From assembly GCA_963733195.1 (NCBI GenBank), contig CAVTCR010000010.1:1-64000 (forward strand): 64,000 nucleotides of DNA, written 5' to 3'. The position numbers and the translations under genes are program-made. The notes beneath the pieces were generated by a model. It searched no databases and was not told the origin of the DNA. It was given only the letters and a program-made list of their open reading frames with translations. The DNA is from an uncultured delta proteobacterium. GTDB lineage: Bacteria > Desulfobacterota > Binatia > Bin18. Positions 45,399 to 56,794 of this stretch are shown here, in pieces (the first letter of the stretch is position 1; each line of letters opens with the position of its first letter).

Positions 45399-45752
45399 TT
45401 ACGAAGACTCTCCTGTTGGTGACTCCTTTTTTGTTTGTGCGACAGTAAACTCTGGCGGAGTCAGGATTGGTTCAGTAACAGACTCCGCAGACGTGGTTAG
45501 GGCTGATGAGGATTGCCCAGCGTGGTTTGTTCTCGTCTTTTCTTCTTGAGTAGCACGCTCAGCTTGACGTACCTCTTCTTCCAACATGGACTTTGCATTA
45601 TTGAATTCAGCAGAAATCTCATCTGTCGCTTTGCGAAATTCGCCCAGTGCTTTGCCGAGAAATTTTGCGACTTCTGGAAGCTGTTTCGGCCCTAAAATCA
45701 CCAGGGCCACAAGGAAGATCACGACTAATTCTGGTACGCCAACGCCAAACAT
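45399..45752 (-). CDS. tatB: Twin-arginine translocase TatB/TatA subunit
   Basis: MFGVGVPELVVIFLVALVILGPKQLP...GKALGEFRKA; directly upstream of tatC. Confidence 0.85.
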   Translation of the reverse strand: MFGVGVPELVVIFLVALVILGPKQLPEVAKFLGKALGEFRKATDEISAEFNNAKSMLEEEVRQAERATQEEKTRTNHAGQSSSALTTSAESVTEPILTPPEFTVAQTKKESPTGESS

Positions 45753-45842
45753 AATTGCTGTTTCGGCTACGGTAGTATAATCGACTCACTGACGCAAGCT
45801 GTGAGGATGGGAATCAAGGATCTAGGGAAGGAAGATAAGACC

Positions 45843-46880
45843 ATGACGACATTGCGCACTGGTATTGTTTTGGATTCACGTTATCAAGACCACTACACTG
45901 GCCGCACTCATCCTGAGCGACCAGAGCGAATTGCCACTTTGCTTGATCTCATCGAACATACACAGCGGTCAGGCTTGAAACGCATGTCACCTCGGCTGGC
46001 CACCCCGGAGGAAGTAGGGCTCATCCATGATCCCGCTCACGTAGACCGTGTCGCTGCCACAGCCCAGCAAGACCGTTTTTCCTTCGATGCCGATACTCCA
46101 GTCTCTGCGCAATCCTATGCCACAGCGATGTTAGCAACCGGTGGACTACTCACGTTGCTCGATGCCGTTATGGAGCGAGAGATCGACAACGGCTTTGCTC
46201 TTGTCCGGCCCCCAGGCCATCATGCCGAGCGCAATCGCCCTATGGGGTTCTGTCTTTTTAATAGCGCAGCAATTGGTGCGCAGTATTTGCGAGAAAGATT
46301 TGGACTGAACCGTATTCTAGTAATGGATTGGGATGTCCATCACGGTAACGGTACCCAACACAGTTTCTATGATGACCCTGGAGTACTGTACGTCTCCACC
46401 CATCAGTATCCGTATTATCCAGGGACTGGCGCACTTGATGAAGTCGGGCGAGGACGAGGCGAAGGCTATACGCTTAATTTGCCACTCTCAGCAGGTTGTG
46501 GAGATGAAGAGTATCAAGAGTTATTCGAGTTCGTTATTGATCCGATTTGTCGTCAATTCGATCCCGAATTTGTCGTGATTTCCGCAGGGTTTGACGCCCA
46601 TGTCCGAGACCCCCTCGGCGGCATGCAAGTGACCGAGACCGGATTCGGCACCATGGCCCGTATCCTTTTGCGCGTCGCGCAAGAGCATGCTCAAGGTCGG
46701 TGTGTTGCCATTCTTGAGGGCGGTTACGACCTCGAAGGGTTAAAAAAATCAGTGCTCCAGGTCGTAGATGAGATGGGCGGAACACATCTGGCAACAGAGT
46801 GCCCTCCATATACACCACGTGGTTTCACTGCACCCGTGCGTAAGATTCAGCAGCGTTACTGGGAACTACCACGACAGTAA
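45843..46880 (+). CDS. Histone deacetylase family protein
   Basis: HPERPER, RPPGHHA, GFCLFN, DWDVHHGNGTQ, SAGFDAH, LEGGY. Confidence 0.95.
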   Translation: MTTLRTGIVLDSRYQDHYTGRTHPERPERIATLLDLIEHTQRSGLKRMSPRLATPEEVGLIHDPAHVDRVAATAQQDRFSFDADTPVSAQSYATAMLATGGLLTLLDAVMEREIDNGFALVRPPGHHAERNRPMGFCLFNSAAIGAQYLRERFGLNRILVMDWDVHHGNGTQHSFYDDPGVLYVSTHQYPYYPGTGALDEVGRGRGEGYTLNLPLSAGCGDEEYQELFEFVIDPICRQFDPEFVVISAGFDAHVRDPLGGMQVTETGFGTMARILLRVAQEHAQGRCVAILEGGYDLEGLKKSVLQVVDEMGGTHLATECPPYTPRGFTAPVRKIQQRYWELPRQ

Positions 46881-46885
46881 CGTGC

Positions 46886-49279
46886 TCACGGCGGCATAAG
46901 GTTATCGTTTTCCTCTTGCACTGGCTCCGGACTGTCGTTGGGATAATCAGTCGGAGGAGCATCGATAACACTCTCCCCCACATCTGCGTTTGCCTCCGGC
47001 ACGATCGTATCTGTTGTCTCTGGTGTATCAACGGTACCGTCTGGCTCAGGACCTACATCCGATTCGAGCACTTCCTCAGTGAGTGGTTCCGGTTGCTGAA
47101 CAACGGGAACTTGCCTCTCAACAAGCTCATCAAGTGGCGTTCGTACCTCTGGCGTAATTGACGGAGCTAACACTACAGCTGGCTCTTGTATTGGGCGAGG
47201 GGCCTCAGTGCCAATAGGGGAAGGGGCGTTTGCATCGGCCATTGTTACCGATGGTGCTGGTGGTTGCGGCAACTGTGGCTCAGTACCACGGGCAAAAATT
47301 TCTAAGATCGCACGCGAAGAGATAGCTGTCGCTCTTTTGCCAGTCGCTGGGTTGATATGTGCGAACGTGATTTCATCAGGCATGTGGAAGTCGTTGACTG
47401 GATGTTCGGCTAGCGCCTCTTTCATAAAGTCGGTCCAGATAGGCGCCGCAACTTTCCCCCCCGTTTCGCCTGACCCAAGTGGACGTTTTTCGTCAAAACC
47501 GACCCATACTCCGGCTAACATCTCTGGCGTGTAGCCGATAAACCAAGCGTCTCCGTAATCGTTCGTTGTTCCGGTCTTCCCGGCTGCCGGACGGCCAAGT
47601 TCAAGGGCCGCTTTCCCGGTCCCTCGTTCGATAACACTCTTGAGCATGCTAGTCACCAGATAGGCAGTTTCTGCGGAAATCACTGGAGTTTGCTTGAACG
47701 TCGCTTCATTCACGAGCGATCCGTTGCCATCAGTAATCTTGGCAATAAAAATTGGCTCAAAGAGCATCCCACCATTCGCAAACACTCCATAGACACGGAT
47801 CAGTTCGAGCAAAGACACTTCAGCAGCACCGAGCGAAACTGACAAATTAGGCGCGAGTGGTGATGTGATTCCTATCTTCGAGGCATACGACAGGAGGTAC
47901 GGAAGGCCAATATTGTCGGCAATGCGCACGGTCGGTACGTTACGGGAGAAGGTTAACGCTTCACGTAAGCGTATGGGTCCCCGATACTTGCGATCTGCGT
48001 TTGCTGGTGACCACCGTTTTCCACGTCCGTCACGAAAGCTGATCGGCGAATCTTTCACAATCGAGGCCGGGGTGTACCCATGATCTAATGCAGCAGCGTA
48101 TATGACTGGCTTAAATACCGAACCAGGCTGACGCTTCGATTGGGTGGCCCGATTAAATTGGCTCCGGTTAAAGTCATATCCGCCAACCATCGCTTTGACT
48201 TGCCCAGTGGTCAGGTCAACCGCGAGCATGCCACCATCAACATGATTGCCATCTTTTCGTCGACAGATTCCTTCCCGCTTACACAACGAATCAATTCCAT
48301 CACGGAACGCTTTTTCTGCTATGCGCTGCAGGTTGAGATCGACCGTCGTGAAAACTTCGAGTCCCAATTTCTCAGGCGCATCTGCTCCATAACGGCGCTC
48401 TAAGATTTGCCGCACATACTCAACATAGTACGGGGCAAGACCAGTGTACGAAGGTGGTGGCTGTTGCGAGGGAGCAACTTGTTCTTGCCACGCAGTCATC
48501 CCTTGCGCGTATGAAACATACCGCTCTTCCATCATGCGCTCGAGCACATAACGTTGACGCTGTTTTGCCCCTTCAAGATTTTTGAACGGATCATACACAC
48601 TAGGGGCAGGCGCAAGACCAGCAATCATGGCAATTTCTGGTAACGTCAAGTCATTGACGCTTTTGTTGAAATACTCACGTGCAGCAGCTTCTACTCCGTA
48701 GGCACCGCTGCCAAGGTAAATCTGGTTCAGATACAGCTCAAGGATTTGTTCCTTGTTTAACTTTTGCTCCAAACGGAGCGCGAGAATCATCTCTTGGATC
48801 TTACGACGGTAACTCCGCTCCGGCGTTAAGAGGACGGTTTTCACAATTTGTTGAGTAATGGTGCTTCCCCCTTGCACCGTTTTCCCCTCATTCCAGTTGG
48901 TCAGAAACGCACGGGTAATCGCAGAGAAGTTCACACCGCGATGCTGGTAGAAATCTTTATCTTCCGCCGCAAGGACCGCGCGCTGCAACATGATGGGGAT
49001 CTTGCCAAGCGCGAGTGGATAGCGCTTCTGGAGGTAAAACTCGCCCAGCAGCGTAGCGTTATCGCCGGCATATACCCGGGTGACTGCTGGCGGAGTATGG
49101 CTGGCCAAGCTCTCAATTGGAGGGAGCTCACCAGCAATATCCTGGTAGAACACCCAGGCAGCGAACACCCCGCCGATCAGCGATACGAGGATAAGAGAGC
49201 GAAATAAGAAACGGAAGAAGCGTCGTATACGTCTAGGGGGTGGCGCTTCCGAAGAAACCGACGAATTTTCATTAGCCAT
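46886..49279 (-). CDS. Class A penicillin-binding protein PBP1A
   Basis: AEDKDFYQH, GGSTITQQ, RKIQE transglycosylase motifs; SVFK, SRN, KTG transpeptidase motifs. Confidence 0.93.
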   Translation of the reverse strand: MANENSSVSSEAPPPRRIRRFFRFLFRSLILVSLIGGVFAAWVFYQDIAGELPPIESLASHTPPAVTRVYAGDNATLLGEFYLQKRYPLALGKIPIMLQRAVLAAEDKDFYQHRGVNFSAITRAFLTNWNEGKTVQGGSTITQQIVKTVLLTPERSYRRKIQEMILALRLEQKLNKEQILELYLNQIYLGSGAYGVEAAAREYFNKSVNDLTLPEIAMIAGLAPAPSVYDPFKNLEGAKQRQRYVLERMMEERYVSYAQGMTAWQEQVAPSQQPPPSYTGLAPYYVEYVRQILERRYGADAPEKLGLEVFTTVDLNLQRIAEKAFRDGIDSLCKREGICRRKDGNHVDGGMLAVDLTTGQVKAMVGGYDFNRSQFNRATQSKRQPGSVFKPVIYAAALDHGYTPASIVKDSPISFRDGRGKRWSPANADRKYRGPIRLREALTFSRNVPTVRIADNIGLPYLLSYASKIGITSPLAPNLSVSLGAAEVSLLELIRVYGVFANGGMLFEPIFIAKITDGNGSLVNEATFKQTPVISAETAYLVTSMLKSVIERGTGKAALELGRPAAGKTGTTNDYGDAWFIGYTPEMLAGVWVGFDEKRPLGSGETGGKVAAPIWTDFMKEALAEHPVNDFHMPDEITFAHINPATGKRATAISSRAILEIFARGTEPQLPQPPAPSVTMADANAPSPIGTEAPRPIQEPAVVLAPSITPEVRTPLDELVERQVPVVQQPEPLTEEVLESDVGPEPDGTVDTPETTDTIVPEANADVGESVIDAPPTDYPNDSPEPVQEENDNLMPP

Positions 49280-49449
49280 GGAATAACACGTAAGGAACGC
49301 TCATACGCCGTTGATAAGGAAATAGCAGTCGTCAGCAGTTCGTTCCTTCAGACTTCTCCTTTTAATAAAAGGGTAAGTGACAGCGTATCATAGCTACTCT
49401 TAAGGACACATCCAAGAGAGAGCAGCATATCCCCCAAAAGATCGATCCG

Positions 49450-50226
49450 CTACTGCACGTTACGAACGAAGTCGCTCACAATACGATTGAATTCGTCCGG
49501 ACGTTCAAAATACGCCGAGTGTCCAGCCTGCGGAATTTTCACGAAGCGTGCGTGGGGAATCTGGTCAATAATACTTTCCATCACCTGTGGGGGTGCAAGG
49601 ACATCTTCTTCGCCCACTAGAAGAAGAGTCGGAATTTTGTGCTCGACGATCGGCTTTACGTTATGTTTCATACCAAAGAGCATCGGAACCAGATTCGGGG
49701 AGACGTGCGTATTGAGCGTCGAGATCTGTTGATAGAGAAAACACAGTGCTGGTTCTCGTTCAGGAAAGCTTTTCGCGTATGCATTCGTCAGGATTTGTTT
49801 GAGATTCCCCTGTGAACGCTCACGAATGTTGGCGTGAGATTTCACCGCCTCTGTCGTCTCAATCCCACCGGTGGTATCACAGAGAATCAACGCGCTGGCA
49901 CGTTCCGGATGCGACGCAGCAAAGCCGCACACTGTCCAACCACCCATTGATTGCCCTGCAACAGCCGCCTTCTGAATGCCGAGGTGGTCGAGAAGTGCGG
50001 TGAGATCTTCGACAAAGGCGTTTGGTCCAGGACCGTTGGGCAGATCGCGCGATTGGCCAAAGCTACGATGGTCAAAGGTAATGACTGTATAACGCGAGGC
50101 AAAAGCTGGCACTTGCTGCCACCAACTGAGGTGACTTCCTCCCCCCCCATGTGCAAAGACGAGCGCTGGGCCACTGCCATGGGTTTCATAATACAGCTCG
50201 ATTCCGTTGATTTTAGCAAAGGGCAT
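49450..50226 (-). CDS. Alpha/beta fold hydrolase
   Basis: FAHGGGG, GQSMGG, GEEDVL, AGHSAYFE. Confidence 0.9.
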   Translation of the reverse strand: MPFAKINGIELYYETHGSGPALVFAHGGGGSHLSWWQQVPAFASRYTVITFDHRSFGQSRDLPNGPGPNAFVEDLTALLDHLGIQKAAVAGQSMGGWTVCGFAASHPERASALILCDTTGGIETTEAVKSHANIRERSQGNLKQILTNAYAKSFPEREPALCFLYQQISTLNTHVSPNLVPMLFGMKHNVKPIVEHKIPTLLLVGEEDVLAPPQVMESIIDQIPHARFVKIPQAGHSAYFERPDEFNRIVSDFVRNVQ

Positions 50227-50380
50227 AAGTTTTCCTCCTCGGGTTGGGGTTCTCAACCTTAAGCAGGGTAAAAGGGAAATGGGAAAAAGGGCAAACGGAA
50301 GAGGGAATCTTGCCGCTCAACTTTCCTTTCCTTTTCACCCCTTCCCTTTTCACCTTTTCTCCTGGCTCTCGTTCGTAATG

Positions 50381-51613
50381 TTATACGTTCGCAGCTCGTT
50401 CAGCCATAATCTCCGCATTTGACGCCACGACTCGCTCGGCCTTAAGTTTGGCAATGTCGGCAACAGAATAGCCCAGGAGGTTGTGTAGCACTGATTCAGT
50501 GTGCTCCCCAAGCAAGGGGCCGGGTGCGGCAACGAACCCTGGTGTTGTAGAGAGGTGGATTGGCGGACCGTCGAGAACAACATCCTCTCCTTCGGGAGTT
50601 GGCACCTGTGCCCAGTAACCGCGCGCTCGTAGTTGCGGGTCACGGTCCATATCCTCGCTATTTGCTACGATGCCAGCGGAAACTCCAGCATGTTGAAGCG
50701 ACTCCATAACCTCCCCGACCGTCCGTTGCTGTGTCCATTCTTCAACATAGCGGTCCAGGGCTTCCTGATGCTGCACTCGCGTGGTCAGCGTGGTGAATCG
50801 TGCGTCGTGCGTCCACACCGGGTTTCCTAATACACGACAGAATCCTTGCCATTCTTCCTCAGTAAAGACGGTAATGGCACACCAACGGTCTTCACCGAGA
50901 CAGCGGTACACACCGTGTGGCGCTGCAGGAGCTTCCTGAGAGCGATTCCCGAAGGGAGCACTTTCTGTTTTATTTACGAGAATATCGAGAAGCGAGGGGC
51001 CAACGACACTCGAAATGGTCTCGAATTGTGAGAGATCGACAAACTGTCCCTGCCCGGTACGACGGCGATACCACAAGGCCATCAACACAGCCAACGCGCC
51101 ACTATAGCCGCCAGACATATCCGCGTAGGAATAGCCCCACCCAGCCGGCTCTTTTCCGTCGTGGCGCATAAGTAGCGTATAACCAGACAAAGCTTGCAGC
51201 GTCGGACCATAGCTGACGTAGTCTTTGTGTGGACCGGTGTGACCAAAGCCGGACATGCTCACTGCAATAATGTCAGGTTTGATCTGTTTGAGGCTCTCGT
51301 AATCCATCCCCCAGTTACGCATAACACGAGCACTGAAGTTGTCGATCACCACATCAGAAACTTTGACGAGCTGCTGAGCGATTTCACGTCCGCGCGGGTC
51401 TGACATATTGATGACCGTACTCTGCTTACCGCGGAAAAGATTACCGGTGAATCCGCCACGACGAGAACCCAGGTCAAGAGAATCTCGACGCTCAACCTTA
51501 ATCACCTCAGCTCCCTGGTCAGCTAGGATACGTGTCGCCACTGGCCCAGCGACAACCCAGGTAAAGTCGAGAATACGAACACCGTCTAACGCGCGTCGAG
51601 CTGGTTTGTCCAT
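50381..51613 (-). CDS. Family III CoA-transferase (CaiB/BaiF)
   Basis: LDGVRILDFT, GAEVIKVE, DVVIDNF, PLLGEHT. Confidence 0.92.
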   Translation of the reverse strand: MDKPARRALDGVRILDFTWVVAGPVATRILADQGAEVIKVERRDSLDLGSRRGGFTGNLFRGKQSTVINMSDPRGREIAQQLVKVSDVVIDNFSARVMRNWGMDYESLKQIKPDIIAVSMSGFGHTGPHKDYVSYGPTLQALSGYTLLMRHDGKEPAGWGYSYADMSGGYSGALAVLMALWYRRRTGQGQFVDLSQFETISSVVGPSLLDILVNKTESAPFGNRSQEAPAAPHGVYRCLGEDRWCAITVFTEEEWQGFCRVLGNPVWTHDARFTTLTTRVQHQEALDRYVEEWTQQRTVGEVMESLQHAGVSAGIVANSEDMDRDPQLRARGYWAQVPTPEGEDVVLDGPPIHLSTTPGFVAAPGPLLGEHTESVLHNLLGYSVADIAKLKAERVVASNAEIMAERAANV

Positions 51614-51716
51614 GTCAATCGATATTCACTAGCACTCTGTCCACTTGCATATGAAGGGTTGTCATTGCGAGCGCAGCGAAGTCGAAGGGTCGAGAAGCCA
51701 GTTTCCTGATTCTGGC

Positions 51717-52610
51717 TCACACTTTCTCCCCGGTGAGATGCGCCGCGATCTCCTGATAACGTGCGGCAGCTTGCGCAATAATGTCAGGCGGCAGATGAGG
51801 AGCTGGCGGCTTACGATTCCACCCCAGCGAAATGAGATAATTGCGGATGATCTGCTTGTCGTAGCTATCCTGCGCTGCCCCTGGCTGATACACATCGGCT
51901 CGCCAGAAACGTGACGAGTCGGGCGTGAAGGCTTCATCAATCAGCAGGACTTGCCCCTCGCGCAGGCCAAATTCAAATTTGGTGTCGGCCAGGAAGAAAC
52001 CTTTGGTCTCGGCAAACGCATGAGCTGCACGATACAGCGCGAGACTGAGATCACGTACTTGGGCCGCAAGACTAGAGCCGACGAGCCGCTCAGCCTCCGA
52101 GAAGGGAATATTTTCATCATGCGCGCCGGCTTCGGCTTTCGTCGAAGGTGTAAATATCGGCTCAGGAAGTCGTTCGCTTTCTCGTAGCCCTTTCGGCAAC
52201 TGAATGCCGCACACCGTGCCACTCGCGCGATACTCTTGCCAGCCGGAACCGGCAAGATAGCCACGGACGATGCATTCAACTGGGAGCGGTTGTGCCTTTT
52301 TTACTAGCATCGCCCGTCCGCTTAACATGTCGCGATAAGGACGACAGGGAGCCGGGAAATCGCTCACGTCAACTGAAACAAGATGATTCGGCACGATATG
52401 TGACAAATAATTGAACCAAAACCGCGAGACTTGTGTCAGCACTCGCCCTTTGTGAGGAATACCATCAGGAAGAACGACATCAAACGCAGAGACACGATCA
52501 GTCGCCACGATAAGGAGAGCATCCTCCAGTTCGTAAATATCTCGCACTTTCCCGCGCCGTGGTGCGGGAAGCCCTTCAATAGCAGTGGACAACACCACTG
52601 AATCACTCAT
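51717..52610 (-). CDS. purC: SAICAR synthetase
   Basis: GKVRDIY, DRVSAFD, VECIVRGY, DTKFEFG, TPDSSRFW. Confidence 0.95.
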   Translation of the reverse strand: MSDSVVLSTAIEGLPAPRRGKVRDIYELEDALLIVATDRVSAFDVVLPDGIPHKGRVLTQVSRFWFNYLSHIVPNHLVSVDVSDFPAPCRPYRDMLSGRAMLVKKAQPLPVECIVRGYLAGSGWQEYRASGTVCGIQLPKGLRESERLPEPIFTPSTKAEAGAHDENIPFSEAERLVGSSLAAQVRDLSLALYRAAHAFAETKGFFLADTKFEFGLREGQVLLIDEAFTPDSSRFWRADVYQPGAAQDSYDKQIIRNYLISLGWNRKPPAPHLPPDIIAQAAARYQEIAAHLTGEKV

Positions 52611-52665
52611 GACCAAGCCCTCTCCATCTCTTCTAAATTCTTACTTCTGACTTCTGCATTCTCTC

Positions 52666-54519
52666 TCAGTGAAGCGCTGTCGCCGCAGCCACTCTGGCGG
52701 TCGTTCCGGTCTGCGAGGCGATTGCTCTTAGCTCGTCACCGGAGATGACTTCCTTTTGCAGTAGCACTTCTGCCGCATCTCGCAAAGTGTTTTGTTGGGC
52801 AGTCAGCAAAGTCGTAACCCGTGTGTATTGTTCCTCGATGATACGCCGGACTTCGGCGTCAATTTCCTGGGCAGTAGATTCGCTGTAGTCACCATTATTT
52901 GAGGCTTGATTCGTACGCAAAAACAACGGCTGGCGTTCACCATCAAAACTCACCTTCCCCAACTTTTCGCTCATGCCATAGGCTTTGATCATGCTTTTGG
53001 CGATCTCCGTCGCTTTAAGCAGGTCGTCGCGTGCTCCGGTGGAAACCTCATGATAAATAATCTCCTCGGCAACGCGTCCCCCAAGCAATACGGCAATACG
53101 ATTCTCTAATTCAGAGCGGGTCATGAGAAACCGATCTTCGGTCGGTAATTGCAGCGTGTACCCAAGCGCCGCCACCCCACGCGGAATGATCGAAATCTTC
53201 TGCACCGTATCAGACCCAGGAATCGCCAACGCTACCAGCGCATGCCCAACTTCATGGTGCGCAACACGCTCTTTTTCTTGTTTGTTGAGTACACGGTTTT
53301 TCTTCTCAAGGCCGGCAATCACACGCTCAACCGCCTCTTGCAGTTCAGACAAACCGACCTTGTCTTTCCCTCGTCGGACCGCTAGTAGTGCCGCTTCATT
53401 GACAATATTCGCCAAATCCGCTCCAGCAAATCCTGGCGTCATCGCCGCAATCACTTCCAGATCCTCTTCAGAGACGAGCGGTACTTCGCGGGCATGCAGT
53501 TTCAATATAGCCAAGCGGCCAATCTTGTCTGGCCGGTCTACTAATACCTGGCGATCAAAACGCCCAGCCCGGAGGAGTGCGGGATCAAGAATCTCAGGTC
53601 GGTTAGTAGCCGCCACGAGAATAACGCCAGTCCGCGCATCAAACCCATCCATCTCGACGAGCAGTTGGTTTAGCGTTTGTTCGCGCTCTTCGTGTCCCAT
53701 CGGCCCCATACCGCGAGCTTTGCCGAGAGCATCGAGTTCATCAATAAAGATAATACAGGGGGCTTTCTGCTTTGCTTGGACAAACAGGTCGCGCACCCGA
53801 GCCGCACCGACACCAACAAACATTTCGACAAATTCCGATCCACTGATCGAGAAGAACGGCACTGCCGCCTCCCCGGCAACTGCTTTGGCGAGTAGCGTCT
53901 TGCCAGTTCCTGGAGGGCCGACCAGCAAAATGCCCTTAGGAATCTTGCCACCTAAACGACGGAATTTTTCCGGAGTTTTGAGGAACTCAATAACTTCCTG
54001 TAGCTCGGTCTTGGCCTCATCAACGCCGGCAACATCGGCGAAGGTCACCTTGACATCCTTCTCCATGTAGATTTTGGCTTTGCTCTTGCCAATGGCAAGG
54101 AAGCCACCACCGAGTCCTTCACGTTGCGCAAAGCGGCGCATGAGAAATATCCACAAGCCAAAGAACAGCAGCGTAGGAAGGACCCACGAAAGGAGATCAT
54201 GGAGGAACGTGTCTTCGATCTCACCGGAAAATTTTACTTTATGCGTCTCGAGCTTATCGGCAAGGTCGGGTTCCACACGAATAGTGACGAACTGTTGCGG
54301 ATGCCCCTCTGGCGCTTCCTTCAGCTTCCCGCGTATCGATTCAGGACCGATCCGTATCTCTTCGACTTTCCCTTCAGAGAGATAGGTTTGGAATTGGCTG
54401 TAGGGGATTTGCTCAATTGGGTTCGCATACTGCATCCATAAACTGTGCAGAATTACCACTCCCCAAACCGCAATAAAAATATATCCGAGATTAAACTTCG
54501 TCTTCTTATCCATAGGCAT
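52666..54519 (-). CDS. ftsH: ATP-dependent zinc metalloprotease FtsH
   Basis: Two TM segments, [27 protein letters not shown]. Confidence 0.95.
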   Translation of the reverse strand: MPMDKKTKFNLGYIFIAVWGVVILHSLWMQYANPIEQIPYSQFQTYLSEGKVEEIRIGPESIRGKLKEAPEGHPQQFVTIRVEPDLADKLETHKVKFSGEIEDTFLHDLLSWVLPTLLFFGLWIFLMRRFAQREGLGGGFLAIGKSKAKIYMEKDVKVTFADVAGVDEAKTELQEVIEFLKTPEKFRRLGGKIPKGILLVGPPGTGKTLLAKAVAGEAAVPFFSISGSEFVEMFVGVGAARVRDLFVQAKQKAPCIIFIDELDALGKARGMGPMGHEEREQTLNQLLVEMDGFDARTGVILVAATNRPEILDPALLRAGRFDRQVLVDRPDKIGRLAILKLHAREVPLVSEEDLEVIAAMTPGFAGADLANIVNEAALLAVRRGKDKVGLSELQEAVERVIAGLEKKNRVLNKQEKERVAHHEVGHALVALAIPGSDTVQKISIIPRGVAALGYTLQLPTEDRFLMTRSELENRIAVLLGGRVAEEIIYHEVSTGARDDLLKATEIAKSMIKAYGMSEKLGKVSFDGERQPLFLRTNQASNNGDYSESTAQEIDAEVRRIIEEQYTRVTTLLTAQQNTLRDAAEVLLQKEVISGDELRAIASQTGTTARVAAATALH

Positions 54520-54730
54520 TCATTCCTAGAACAATACAGATGTTGCCTGTCTGACAGACAGGACAACTCTATTGTGAACGTCTCCAGGGGGTCAAGCAAG
54601 GAACCCGCAAAGTTAATGAAGAATGAAGAGTGAAAAGTGAAGAATGACAAAAAGGAGGGGGGCAAAACCAAAGCTGTTGAATTCTTAATCTTCATTCTTA
54701 ACTCTTCACTATTTTGCTGGGTTTCTGCAG

Positions 54731-55942
54731 TCAAATGGATCTCTCCCGCGCCAGCATCATCAGTTGGTCTATGCTGATACCGAGTTCTCCTTGGTAGATC
54801 TCCGCATTGTGTTCTCCGAGCAGTGGCGGACGGCGAGCAATACGCCAGGGTGAAACAGTAAAGAAAAAAGGACCGCCTGGGTAGCGAATAGAGCGACCCA
54901 ATTCAGGATGATCAATGTCGGAAAAGAATCCGCGCGCATTGAGTTGTGGATCATCCACTAACGCTTCTGGTGGACGGACCATCGCATAGGGAATGCGGCG
55001 GAGCTGGGCGCCTTCCATCAGTTCGGCGACACTGTAGTCTTTTGCCCACTCATCCAAGACATCAAACATATGCTCAGCGTTGTCCTTGCGATAAAATTGA
55101 TCTTCCCATTGTGTCTCGCTCAGATCCTGGGCTTTATCGTCAGACTTCACCCATTCAACTAGTGAAGTCCAGTCGCCAAGAGAACAGTGCATGATATAAC
55201 CGTCTTTACATTTGGCCACACGAAAGTAGCGACTCCAGTGCAAACTACCGTGGCGGGTCTGCACTCCCATTCCTTGATGATAAAATGGGGCAACATGTTC
55301 AACTGCAGCCGCAACCGCCTCTTGAATACTGACATCAACCCATTGCCCCTCCCCAATTGTGTCACGTGCCCACAGCGCTGACATGGTACCAATCGCCGCA
55401 AAAAACGACGCACTGTGATACGCTTGTAAGCCCAACGCTTGTAACGGCGCGTCATCAGGAAAGCCGTTGGTATAGATCATTCCTCCAAGCGCCTCGGCAA
55501 CAGTGTCGGAAGATTTGTAATCACGATATGGGCCGGTTTGTCCAAACGGCGTAATTGAAGTCAGCACGAGTTGAGGATTGAGCCGCTTTAGCTTTTCATA
55601 ACCCAAATCCAATTTTTCTAGTGTCCCTGGAGCGAAAGACTCGATTACGACATCAACTGTTGTCACAAGCTGCTTGAAGAGTTCCTGTCCGCCAGGTTTT
55701 TGCAGATCCAGCGTCACGCCTCGTTTACTGGTGTTGTAAAACCAATAAAGCAAACTGCGGTCATGGTGCGGCGTGTGGTCAAGAAACGGACCGATCGAGC
55801 GCATCGCATCGCCGCCCGGCGGCTCGATCTTGATGACATCCGCACCCATATCACCAAACAGCTTGGCACACAGCGCACCTTTGATATCGGTGAGATCGAG
55901 GATGCGGAGGTCGGAAAGAGCGGTCGGAGGAACATTGCTCAT
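54731..55942 (-). CDS. Family III CoA-transferase (CaiB/BaiF)
   Basis: LSDLRILDL, GADVIKIEPPGGD, NTSKRGVTLDL, PLLGEHN. Confidence 0.92.
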   Translation of the reverse strand: MSNVPPTALSDLRILDLTDIKGALCAKLFGDMGADVIKIEPPGGDAMRSIGPFLDHTPHHDRSLLYWFYNTSKRGVTLDLQKPGGQELFKQLVTTVDVVIESFAPGTLEKLDLGYEKLKRLNPQLVLTSITPFGQTGPYRDYKSSDTVAEALGGMIYTNGFPDDAPLQALGLQAYHSASFFAAIGTMSALWARDTIGEGQWVDVSIQEAVAAAVEHVAPFYHQGMGVQTRHGSLHWSRYFRVAKCKDGYIMHCSLGDWTSLVEWVKSDDKAQDLSETQWEDQFYRKDNAEHMFDVLDEWAKDYSVAELMEGAQLRRIPYAMVRPPEALVDDPQLNARGFFSDIDHPELGRSIRYPGGPFFFTVSPWRIARRPPLLGEHNAEIYQGELGISIDQLMMLARERSI

Positions 55943-56006
55943 CGAGGAGAAATCTCCTTGCTACTCAGAAACAAAATCTTCAACCCGTACCGGACACTTG
56001 TGGCAG

Positions 56007-56090
56007 CCCGTCATTCCGGGCAAGGCCGCAGGCCGCGACCCGGAATCCAGGAGCAAAATACTGGATTCCGGCTTTCGCTGGAATGGCGGG
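56007..56090. repeat. REP-like palindromic element (CGTCATTCCGG...CCGGAATCCAG...CTGGATTCCGG...GGAATGGCG)
   Basis: Nested inverted repeats in an intergenic region. Confidence 0.7.
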
Positions 56091-56453
56091 CAGGGATACG
56101 TCCCCTGTTTCTGCCTCCACGCTTAGCACCCGCGCTATGGACGACTCAGAAGAACTTTTCTAGCAGCGCCCTGACTTCTTGCAAGTCCTGCGAGGCCACT
56201 TCTCTGGGTGTTCGCTTTTCAAGACCATCATCCGGCCTTTGGCACTCCGAGGACGCAATCCTCAAACTCAACAAATGGGTTCAGGGATAGTTATACTGGC
56301 ATTGGCGCGGTTAACGCTGATATGGACATCATCCTCGTGTTACGCGACGGACAGCAAGTGCCGTTGAAGTTTAATATGTATCGAGCCGTCTTCGGCAAAC
56401 AATGAGACGGATCGACTTGTATCTAGGTATAACCAAGGTCATACTCACTGTCT

Positions 56454-56659
56454 ATGAAAACAGCGATCTCCCTTCCAGACCCACTGTCACCGAAGCAGAA
56501 CATGTTGCAAAACGGCTGCGCATCTCACGGAGCAAGTTGTATGCAACGGCTCTCTCACAGTTCTTGAAACAGTCCGGCTCTTGTGAGGTGACCGAACGCC
56601 TCAATGAAGTGTACGTGCAGGAATGGAGGTTATCCGTAAAGAAAAACGGCAATAAGTAG
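56454..56659 (+). pseudogene. ChpI/MazE-like RHH antitoxin, frameshifted, no toxin downstream
   Basis: MKTAISLPDPL then EAEHVAKRLRISRSKLYATAL...VTERLNEVY; upstream imperfect palindrome GTATAACC..GGTCATAC. Confidence 0.7.
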
Positions 56660-56794
56660 TACTTCTCGATGAACGCTTTCGTAAACCGTACGAGCGTATG
56701 CCAGGGCCAGGGTGAAGGCGCTATTATTAGCTGTCATACGTCAAGGGACTAACGTGTAGAAGCGAAGAGGCATATAATTTCTTGTAGTCTTCAT

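Noticed and set aside
53123-54070. 315-aa plus-strand ORF and similar long antisense ORFs
   Set aside because: Antisense shadow of ftsH; no motifs of their own.
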